Of a DNA stretch of 64,000 bases, positions 12,477 to 22,758 are shown piece by piece. The DNA lies in assembly GCF_002105155.1 (NCBI RefSeq), contig NW_019028989.1, positions 372,001 through 436,000 of the forward strand, written 5' to 3'. Below the pieces are notes generated by a model. That model saw only the letters and a program-made list of their open reading frames with translations, was not told where the DNA came from and searched no databases. Positions within the stretch are counted from its first letter, which is position 1; every line of letters begins with the position of its first letter. The translations under genes were made by a program, and so were the position numbers. This stretch comes from Lobosporangium transversale (lineage: Eukaryota).

Positions 12477-14555
12477 TTAAGAGTCTATACATCTAAACTG
12501 ATCTTGAACCATGTATTCAGGACTTAAAGGGGAAACCAAAAGGCTGAGCCAAAGATGCATGCTCAGCATTTGTTGTCCCGTGCTCAAACGATCCATCAAT
12601 GAAGCACTAGCTGGTCTAGAACGTTGGTAAATGGCGCTACCGCGAGAGCTCCCATGTCCGGGACTAGCTACTAGACGCACACCATCCGGAAAACTCGTTT
12701 TTGTGGCTGATAATGGATGCTGAATAAGTGAGTGAGAAGTAGAAACCGGGGATACGTTCATCTTGGTATGATATGAAGTTACACGAGATTGCACTATATT
12801 ACGTGTGTTATTGTTGTTGTTACTACTGCTATTAGACAATCCGAGCTCGTTGTTTTGGTTGGTTGAAATTGGTGAAGGTATTACTCGTTTCTGCGCAAGA
12901 GAGACTGAAGATGCAAAGGAACTAAAGTTGTTGTAGCCACATCCTAGAAAGACTTGAATTCGCTGCCGATCAACCCATTCTTGTACAAGGCGGTCTTCCT
13001 GAAGGAGCACCTCTGCAAAGCACGGACGCGCAGCAGCAGCCCATTGTCGAACAATTCGTGGGACTTTGTTTTCAAGTGAGAGAAGTTGTTGCATCAAACG
13101 TTTATCCTGACGCACTGGCTTATTTGCACCACCGCCAGTAGCAGTCGAAGAATCAACAGACGACGATGCATGTGTTTTGGATGAAATTATTGTGAAACGC
13201 GCTGATGTTGTCAAGTTTTTAGTTGAAATATATTGTGCCATCGGTTTTGCAAAACTAGGAGACTTTACTGTTAATACTGTGCTTCTTCTTCTTGAAGATT
13301 TGCTTATATTCTCACTCTCCTCCTTCGCCTGTTCTTCTTCCTCATTTTCTTCAGGGATTGAGGTGGAAGATGGACCGCGTCGCATTGAAGTAGCTTCAGA
13401 GAGAGCATTGCCCCCCATGGACGCTGCTTTTTTTGCAGCCATGTGCTGCTGTCTCGCTCGAGCTAGCCGAGCAATTCGCATCTTGTGGGCGTACAGCTCA
13501 GGTCGGAAAACAAGTCCTCCAGTAGGCAATTTGGCTGCAGCGATGGCTAGCTTCTCGTCGCTGAGACCGCCCTTATCCTCAAAGGACACGGTACCAGCGA
13601 CCGGCTCTTGTTGTTGCTGCCTAAGCTGCTTGCGCAGGCGACGAACAGAAGTTACTTTAGTGTTAAGAAAGTCCATTGTCCAGGCAACATGCATGACACG
13701 GAGTACCGGCGGCAGGGGTAGGCTGACAGCGCCTAGAAAGCACAGTTCTCTTGGTAAGGGAAGGTCTTTAACACGGTGAAGGCGCTGACTGACCAACTTT
13801 GCAAGAACATTGTCCCGAGTGATTAGCATAGAATCAGCATCCATGACGCCATTTGAAGTAAAAAGAGATGCTGCATCCGATGATGAATGAAGATTTGAGG
13901 CGCAAATGGCTTCTGTTCTTTCGTGAATAGTGTGGATGGTAGTAGTGGCGGCTGCGCTCATGCTGCCCCCTGTTTCCATGAGGAACGTTGAAGCAACGGG
14001 TGTACAGGATACAGAATCGTCATGCTGGAACTTGGGTGGCCGAATGGATTTCCGCCTCAGAGCTTTGAACACCAATGCTGGAAAGAGACCAGCTAATGTT
14101 GCAGGGTAGATCCGGGGAGGCAGATTTTGATTACCAGGGCTGACTTTCGCTCCAGTGCTTTCACCGGCTTTGGTTGATTCTAGTATAGATAAATGCATCA
14201 TTGAGTGAAGTTGCTCTTCGTTATTAGTGCTACTACAGATGTAGCCAATGCCTCCGTCGATGACACCACAGCATTGGTAGTCCCGATGCTTGCGCTCACG
14301 GCGACGACCTGTAACAGCGAGAGCGCCCGAATGGACGAGCTCGTAGATAGTGTAGCGGCCCTTGATGACATGGCCGTCGCATGTCACCTCATATCGCCCG
14401 ATCTCATGGATACTGTTGCCAAGAATAGCACCGAGAAGGGCAAGATCGAGAACGCCCTGGTGACCAAAAGTAGCTACGGCGTGTTTCCTGAGAAGAGCCT
14501 CGTCTCGGATTAAAAGCATTTGAGTATGCGAAAGGAAACTCGAAGGTCGGCTCAT
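12477..14555 (-). CDS. hypothetical protein (~690 aa, single long ORF)
   Basis: Stop-free ORF of 727 codons; the likely ATG is MSRPSS at 14555. No family recognised. Confidence 0.7.
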   Translation of the reverse strand: MSRPSSFLSHTQMLLIRDEALLRKHAVATFGHQGVLDLALLGAILGNSIHEIGRYEVTCDGHVIKGRYTIYELVHSGALAVTGRRRERKHRDYQCCGVIDGGIGYICSSTNNEEQLHSMMHLSILESTKAGESTGAKVSPGNQNLPPRIYPATLAGLFPALVFKALRRKSIRPPKFQHDDSVSCTPVASTFLMETGGSMSAAATTTIHTIHERTEAICASNLHSSSDAASLFTSNGVMDADSMLITRDNVLAKLVSQRLHRVKDLPLPRELCFLGAVSLPLPPVLRVMHVAWTMDFLNTKVTSVRRLRKQLRQQQQEPVAGTVSFEDKGGLSDEKLAIAAAKLPTGGLVFRPELYAHKMRIARLARARQQHMAAKKAASMGGNALSEATSMRRGPSSTSIPEENEEEEQAKEESENISKSSRRRSTVLTVKSPSFAKPMAQYISTKNLTTSARFTIISSKTHASSSVDSSTATGGGANKPVRQDKRLMQQLLSLENKVPRIVRQWAAAARPCFAEVLLQEDRLVQEWVDRQRIQVFLGCGYNNFSSFASSVSLAQKRVIPSPISTNQNNELGLSNSSSNNNNNTRNIVQSRVTSYHTKMNVSPVSTSHSLIQHPLSATKTSFPDGVRLVASPGHGSSRGSAIYQRSRPASASLMDRLSTGQQMLSMHLWLSLLVSPLSPEYMVQDQFRCIDS

Positions 14556-16493
14556 TTTTTTTTTTCTTTTTTGTGAAGATGACAGGGAAGTGTGTGGGAC
14601 GTGCTGCGTGTCTTTATTTCGGTGGCTGTGTTGTGAACACAGAACCTTAACTAAAACCAAAAAATGAATACGTTTGACAGATATAAGCTCCAGTTCAATA
14701 ACGCCCGCATACTACACAAAGAACAAAGAACAAAGGCCAAATTAAAAGCAGTTTGTTTTCTTACCCGCAAAAGGAGCAATAAAGCTGGTGCGTGTTTCTT
14801 TGGTTAGTTGATGGTGATTAAAAAGAGGAACTATACGTTCAATACGTACTAGTTTTTTTCTTTTTCTTTTTTATATGATTAAAGAAGAAAGAAGGATGGA
14901 GTGTGACCCTATTATATATTTTTGAAGCTGATTAGTGAGTTGTTGAATGAATCGGTGTGTGTGAGAAACTATTTTTGGGCTGTGGAAAAATTGTAATAAT
15001 TGTAGTACAAAGAAGTTGAACCAATCAACACGTTAATCATAACGGCAATTCAGGTGAAAGTGAATGAAGAAGAGTATGGTGAGGCATGCAGGACTTGGGG
15101 ATGCAGAAATAGACAAAACAAAAAAACAAAAAAAAAAGAGCTAAGGATCAGGGCAAATGTATGAAGAGAGAAACAAAAATAATAATATACACACACAAAT
15201 ATGTATATAAATATATACAGATCGTTCAATTTGGACTTTAGATTGGACTACTTTGTTCTTTTACCTTCTTTGCAAGTTGTAATGAAGTTTATTTTTTCTC
15301 CAAAAAAAAAAAAATTCTTTCACGGCTGATTATTGTCGTGTATGGATCGTTTATAATTAGTAGTTGGACTAAGGAGTAGGTTGAGGTGATGGATGATAAG
15401 ATGAAGCGAAGTCTTAGTTATGACCAAGTTTCACAACAATGGAGACGATGTAGGATGAAAAGATTGAAAGGGAGAAAGATAAAAGAAAGGAAAAAAAAAA
15501 AAAAAAAAAGGACGAAGCAATTGAGAGCTGTAAGGGGAAAAGAATCATTGGAGATATACATGTATGCTGGCATTTTACTCTTTTTATATTATTTTGAGGG
15601 TATTTGTCCTTTGATACGAAATGGCGATATGTAAACCTACACCACAATATGTCGCTGGAGCGAATCCTAATTGTCTGTTTGCTTCGGGAAATAGCCACAA
15701 TTACCACAACCACATCTAGTGGATGAACAGCGATGCTCTCCTGTTCTGAAATATATCCAAAAGATGGCGATTTATGTTCACATTCATACATCACACAGCT
15801 GTGTTTGTGAGTGATAATTGTCAACGTGGCGTAACCTTGTTTTATTGTTTAGGATGGATGACAAGAATAGACTTAATTTTGTGAAGATTGAAACGCCTTT
15901 TTGTTCATAAAATTATGAGAAATAGCCACTGCAAAAATTATCATTCAGCAAGGGATAGATACTTGGAAAGTTTTCGCTTGGTTCTCCCGTAAAATGAGGG
16001 GGAGATGTCAGACTGTTTCATCAAACATGTAATATGATACATTTATATCTTCTCTCCTTCCAAATGATACTTATACATGTATACATGTATATTACGAATA
16101 CATATATTTATAAATGTATTGATTTTATGCAAATCTTCTTCGTAAATAAATAGAGTACGTCGCGTTTTGTTCTGTATACAATATTTCCGGGAGGAACTAC
16201 ATGTATACATAATGAGGATGATGCAGCAACCGTTAAAATCCTTAATTGCAAGGACAAAAGCAGCCAATTGGCAGGTGGGAAAGGTTGATCACCGATCTAA
16301 GGAAATCGTTGTGTTGAAGATTTCTTTTATCAAAGTGGCAGTTATTTGTGGTTTAATTTAGGTTTACATTTGTGGAACCTCTTTTCTATTTCACATGATC
16401 AGGTAAGGTGGCTTCGTCAAGAAGTGATCCTAGGCTTCCAACTTAAAACCAAGATCATTTGAACTTGGTTCATTCGGACCATCAAGAGGAACT

Positions 16494-19263
16494 ATGGACT
16501 ACCCGACAATATTGACCACTATCGAAAAGGCATGCGTCGAAGCGCAGGTATGGTGTTACTGCCATAGGAGTCGCATTCGCTTTGGGAAGGGCATTATAAT
16601 CTATTACAAAACGTTTTGGACTGCGCCCTGAAATATTCTTCCGCATTTTGTATTGCATTGATATTGATATTAGCACCCAACGACTCGGATACAGGCTGAG
16701 AAGGTCCTAATTGACTTTAAGCAGAGTCCGAATATTGTACCTGTTTGCCAGTATATCTTAGGTAAGTCTTTGTCATTATTTCCACAATGGGAAGCTTATA
16801 TGACAGCAAACTAAACTTGACATTACGTATGTATAAACATAGCCAACTCTAATACACCGGCAGTTCAGTTCCATGCGGCCTCTGGAGTTACTGGAGCTAT
16901 TGTCAGGGAATATGGGCTGTATCAGAAGCAGGACATTCATCACTTACAGACATACCTCATCCAGTACAATCTTCATCACCCCAGACTTGTCTCTTTTGTC
17001 GCCAAGCAGATCTATCAGGCAGTTGCTGTGATTTCGAAGCGCGGATGGCTTGAAGCTTCTCAGGATGAGCAAGATGTTGTCTATAATCAGATTATCCAGC
17101 TTCTGTCAATGGGGGAACAGGAGAAGAAGATTGGTCTCTCTCTCGCGCACGCTCTTGTAGACGAATTCTCCAGCCGAGGCAAGGCTAGCAACGTTGGGCT
17201 TACATGGGATTTCCACTACAAGACAAAAACATCATTTGAAGAGCGACATCTCCGTTTGATTTTTGAGGCTGCACTTAAAATCCTTCATGAGCAATTGCAG
17301 GACTTGATCACCAATATCGGACAGGAAGTCTCAGGATCCAAAAGACCTCTATTAAGCCTCTCAATATTGCTTGTGGAGTCTATTCTTCAATGGGACTTTG
17401 CTACCAGTATGTATTTATAGAAACCGCACTATATCCTGCTATGTGGAAAGGAAAGGTTTAAATGATCAAGGAGATGTGCGGCGATTGAATTTAATTGAAT
17501 GTTCTTTATTGATGTATTTATTTAAGATCAGCCAGTTCTTGCTGGGACTTTTGCCGATGATGAAGATGATTTTACCAGGACTATTATCTACCCAGCGAGT
17601 TGGCGCTCGATCTTGGTTAATGCCGATGTCCTTTCCATGTTCTTCACAGTATGTCGATATTCCTGTTCTTCAGCAAACTGCTCAATACTTTGTTTCACAA
17701 CCATCTAACTAATGTTTAAACCAATCTTCTATGAGCAGCTGTTCCCCCTTGTGCAAGACGACAACATCATGACGCATCGTGTGCGACAGTGTTTGATTCA
17801 GCTATGTGGACTTCATGGGACCATCTTTGATAGTGAAGAGGCCATTATTCATCACATTTCGGGAGTCATGACGGGGCTTTTAACTCTTATCAATAATGTT
17901 GCTTCGTGCTCTTCTGATGAGTGCCTGCAGGCTGACTACACTGAGAATATGATTGCCATCACGGAAATGATTCGTCAGCTACTCTCATTCCACTCAATCC
18001 AGACGATCTGCGCAGTTCCTGAGCGATTTGACTTTTTAAACCAAGTCGCTTTATTGACAGTTCATTGCTTGAACGAATCTGCAAAGGTCCCCGAGGAGTC
18101 AGAAAGCCTCATGGGAGCCTTTGATGAATTGTTAGTGACCTGGGTAAGGCTTGTGCAAGATTCACAATCCGCCATCTTGGATCGTAACTCGCCTCAGCTA
18201 GTCGCGGATGCTACCAATTTACTTCAGTTCTTCCACAGTATCAGCTATCGTATCGTGGAGAAATACATTGAGGCCAGGCTTGAGCTTGCTAAATTTAATG
18301 CTTTAGTGGATGAAGACAATGACGGATTCCCAGATTGGGAGACCTATGGGGATCAGCTGATTTCAATAGCCGCTCTTGCAAGGCTGGATCCTTATAACAC
18401 ACTTCATCGGCTTCAGGGCCTTCTTCATGAACGTATTGAACGCCTTCGGAATTTTCTCAATACTACGCACGATGGCAGTCATCCCGACTTTATCACGTTC
18501 TTATATGAACACTTACATTGGCTGATTGTCATAACTGGTTATGTCTTTTCAGACAACAACATTGGAGAAACAGCGCTTGTACCTGAGACTCTGAACGAAC
18601 TATCAAAAGGGTGTGACCTTTCCCAGGATCAAATTGTGAATATCTTTAGCAATTTGATGAGTCTGCTTGACGCGGTTTCTCTTGATTCTCATTCTGCTCA
18701 AGCTATCTCATGCAGTCCTCAGGTTGCCCTCTCTCTATTTTGGTTCCTCGAGCGCTGGGTCAAGACTTATTTATTTGCGAGCCCTGAAAACTACACAACT
18801 CTTAGTCCTAATCTCATTAAGTCTTACGGCGAGGCTTCCCGCGGTGGTGAAGGTGGAGCTATTTTGGAGTTTTTAATCGAAAAGCTGCGCATCAACTTTA
18901 TTATGTGGAATGCCGATCCGGATGTTTTAATCCAGGTATACAAAGCAGTTGATTAGTCTACAGAAGCTTTTAAAAGGGTAACTTTATACTGGAATACTAA
19001 TATGCCTCTTTAACATTATAGATTATTGCACTTCTCAATACATTTGCGCAAAGGGCTCCTGTAAGAAATGCTCTGTTACAATCTGGTAAGCTACACATTT
19101 ACACAACGTGAAGGATAGGCTCAAAGAAGTATGAAGAGCTCGGCGAACAAAGTTTACTCAATCATGATCTTGTTAGCCCAATTTCCTCCTCTCGTTAGCT
19201 TTTTTATAGATCACCTTTCAGTGCTTCCAGAAGTCATTCACAAGTACGTCTTTGTTGAAAGTC

Positions 19264-19294
<31 letters not shown>

Positions 19295-20780
19295 CTCTCT
19301 CTCGAGATATACATGTCTTTTTGTGGGCAGTTGTTTTAATCAAACTATCACTCTACTGTCTCATTTAAATAGCTCTTTAATCCAGGCAATTACAACCATC
19401 ATCTCGTATGCTCCTTCTGAGCAACTGAATAGCCATTATTTCAACCTGATTTCGACAGCCATTGAAACTCGTTTTACTGCTATTTTGCACGATAAGTCGT
19501 TCCAAGCCAACTATCAATCACCTGAAGTCATGAGCCAAATCATGAATGGACTTGAGGTACCTCTACTTATGAACGAAATCGAGGCTTACTTTACAGCCAC
19601 CTATACCTTAGGCTGACGTTTGAATTGATTTATTCCATGCTAGATGTTTAACGGTCTCGCATTAGCTTTGACTGATGTTAATACCCCCATGATCTACCAC
19701 TTTTGCTCTCGATATTTCGAGTCATTTGTGGATTTAGTCAGAGTTTACAGTAACTTTCCGGAGATTCAGATCCTGGTTTTGCGTCTATTCACGGATTTGA
19801 TCAAAAATGTTGAATTCACGACACTTTCGTCCGAACAAGTCAGCTACTTTCACTCCTGCCTCTTGAAACTGCTGCAAACTTTTTCTGCCGCGAACCTTGG
19901 CAAGAAACGAGCTACAGCATGGGAAGAAGCCGAAGACGAGCCTTATAGCGATGTCTCGGTTGTGCTTGAGATGTTGCTGAGTCTGTTGGAAGTCCATGGT
20001 ATTGACCAGATGTTTGTCCATACTCCTAATGCGATTTCTCCCTCAACAGTGGTCTTTTCTGGAATCAATATCTTAATTCCCATGATCAAGGAGACCATGC
20101 TTAAGGTAAATATTATTATTACGTTGAAATAATATAGATGCATTCTCGCAGCTCCCCATATAACATGTACTGACTACAATCCTACATAGATCCCCAGGCT
20201 TTGCACACTTTATATTCGTTTGATCTCCAGATTGGTTGAATCTTATCCTGGGCGCCTCATTGAACTTCCTAACGATTTGCTCATCAATTTGATGGCGTCA
20301 CTCAAATTCGGTATCGACCATAACATCCTCGAGGTGTCTCACTTGACGTTCCAGGCCATTACTGCCCTAGCGCTACATGCCTGCAATTCAAGACTTCGAA
20401 ACTCGTCTGAATATATTGCTGGTTTGAGATCTCATCTGGATGAGTTTCTAAAGCTAATATTTGAACAACTTTTGTTCAAGAAATTGGACGTGGAGCTGGT
20501 TGATGTTGCAGGATCATGCGTATTGGCGCTTGTTTGTGCAAGACAGGAGGCATATACAGGTCTGATTCAAGGAATGCTGGCAGCAAGCGAAACACCACTG
20601 ACACCAGAGTTGCAGCAGCGTTTGTCAGACTCATTCCAGCATTTGTCGCAGGCGTTTCCTACCCAGGATATTGTTGGACAAAGAGAGCTTACGAAGAGAG
20701 ATGTGGCTATGACTGCTGTTAGGCGTGAGATTTTCATGCGGTTTTTGATGGGCGTCCGCGGTGTTTTACGAGTCAAATAG
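16494..20780 (+). CDS. XPO4: exportin-4-like importin-beta family HEAT-repeat karyopherin
   Basis: Spliced exons starting at ATG 16494 (MDYPTILTTIEKACVEAQ / APTTRIQAEKVLIDFKQSPNIVPVCQYIL). Motifs DEFSSRGKASNVGLTWDFHYKTKTSFE, RQCLIQLCGLHG, LYEHLHWLIVITG and C-terminal FLMGVRGVLRVK match exportin-4 hallmarks as I recall them. Confidence 0.85.
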
Positions 20781-21173
20781 ATTCATAAGAAGCGTAATAT
20801 GGTGGATCATTGGAGATGATATCATCATTTCTGTGTCTACTCATACGGCATTAACTTTAGAATAAACTTAGAAGAACATTCTTTAGGATGATGATGGCCC
20901 TCGTTTTAAGCAACCTGGTCAGGATATCCTTCGAATGACATTTAGTCCGCATCATTAACAGCCGTGTCACTGCTGGCTCTAATTCACTTTGTCTTGGGCG
21001 ACTCCAACGCGTCTACGTATTCATCGTATTCATCGATCTGTAGAGTGTAGTGAATGAGCGTGCAAAGCTAAAAAGGTTCTTTTAATAACTTGTTTATTTT
21101 GGTTCTTTCTATTTTGTTTTTGTTTTTATTTTATTTTATTTTTTTCCTCTTTTTTATCTTATTTTATTTTCTT

Positions 21174-22387
21174 TTAAAGAACCTTGGCCTCATTCTTAAG
21201 CTTATCAACCAAATCATCGACGCTCTCAACAAGCTTTCCGCCTTGTCTCTTTGGTGGCTCAGTAACCTTCAAAGTCTCGAGACGAGGCTTCACATCGACG
21301 GCCAAATCAGCAATAGTAAGCTTGGTAAGAGGTTTCTTCTTGGCCTTCATGATATTGGGAAGCGAAGCGTATCTAGGAACATTAAGTCTGAAAATTGTCG
21401 CGAAAAAGAGAAAAAAAAAGTTCAGATTCATTGCGACTTGTAAAAAACATCACATTCTTTCAGAAACGATATTCCAGACCAAATTTTACCGAAGATCAGT
21501 GGTGAGAATGGCAGGAAGAGGAGTCTTGATCGTCTCAACGCCTCCATCAACCTCACGTGTGACAGTCATAGCCTTTTCAGCGAGCTCAACCTTGGAAGCA
21601 AAGGTGGCCTAACATAGGCAATTGAAGGGAAGGATAAAAGAAAGCAAATAAAAAATATTCATGAGTCACCAGTTTTTTCTATTCTTTTTCATGCCATTGG
21701 TTAAATAAAGTTCTGAATTGAAATCAATAGCCAGATTCTAATACACAATCATTCATGTCTTTTCTTTCTTTCTTTCTTTTTCTTTTTAAGTATGCCCTTT
21801 TGTGCTAAAGAAAGAGCGAAAGGAGGGGTGTGGGAATACACGCAATTTGTATCCTGATAGTAGGCGAAGCAAATAATTCAGGTCATCGTTCCTGAAATAT
21901 CTGATTTTTCTTTCTTTCTTATTTTCAGACGTCTGAATCACAATTTTTTTTTTACCTGAGGCCAGTTCAAGAGACCAGCAAGCATCTGTCCAGTTTGATT
22001 AGAATCATCATCGATAGCCTGCTTGCCCAGAATGACCATGTCGGGTTTCTCCTTCTCGACGACAGCCTTCAACAACTTGGCGACAGCTAGAGGTTGCAAT
22101 TCCTCAGCACTTTCGACAAAGATGGCTCTGTCAGCACCCATAGCCAATGCTGTCCTGAGGGTCTCTTGAGATTTATCAGATCCACAGGAGACAGCAATGA
22201 CCTCAACCTTACCCCCAGATTTCTCCTTGATCTGAATGGCCTGCTCAGTGCCGATCTCATCAAAGGGATTCATTGAATGCTTCACATTAGCAGTCTCGAC
22301 AGCCGTGCCTGCAGCGTTGACGCGGATCTTGACTGCATAGTCAACAACACGTTTGCAAGCAACAAGGATGCGGAGATTGGATGACAT
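21174..22387 (-). CDS. ETFB: electron transfer flavoprotein beta subunit
   Basis: Three exons. [85 protein letters not shown]. Confidence 0.97.
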
Positions 22388-22571
22388 GATGGATGAGACC
22401 AATGAACGAAAGAAGAAAAAAAAAAAGAAAGAAAGAGAAGAGGAGAAGGGAGAGGAGAGAAAGAGAGCGAATACGAGAAATGAAAGAAAGATGAATTGAC
22501 GGAACGCAAAAAGGAAAATGATGGAGATCAGTCAGTGCCCCTCGGGTGCATGATTGTTCAATTCAAACACA

Positions 22572-22580
22572 GTCACGTGA
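22572..22580. promoter_or_regulatory. RTCACGTG E-box (Cbf1/bHLH-type site) upstream of ETFB
   Basis: gtcacgtga lies ~185 bp upstream of the ETFB ATG in the short Cch1-ETFB spacer. Confidence 0.35.
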
Positions 22581-22612
22581 AAATCACTTTTATTTTTTGA
22601 ATAAAAAAAAGT

Positions 22613-22717
22613 TTATGGTGAACTCAAATTGTTGTTTGCAAGGGCTTCGTCCTGTTCTTGTATTTGTTCCTGTAACATGTCTAATGGAATTAATGAACAG
22701 ACAACAGGTTAGACATG

Positions 22718-22758
<41 letters not shown>

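Noticed and set aside
13177..14513. Antisense ORFs (200 aa and 102 aa) over the hypothetical gene; similar shadows at 30589-30984, 33840-34445 and 58111-58602
   Set aside because: These are typical opposite-strand shadow ORFs of real coding regions and lack recognisable motifs.
16180..16410. Exon-like segments with splice-like signals upstream of the exportin-4 ATG
   Set aside because: There is no convincing start or homology. They could be 5'-UTR exons, but this cannot be supported without RNA data.
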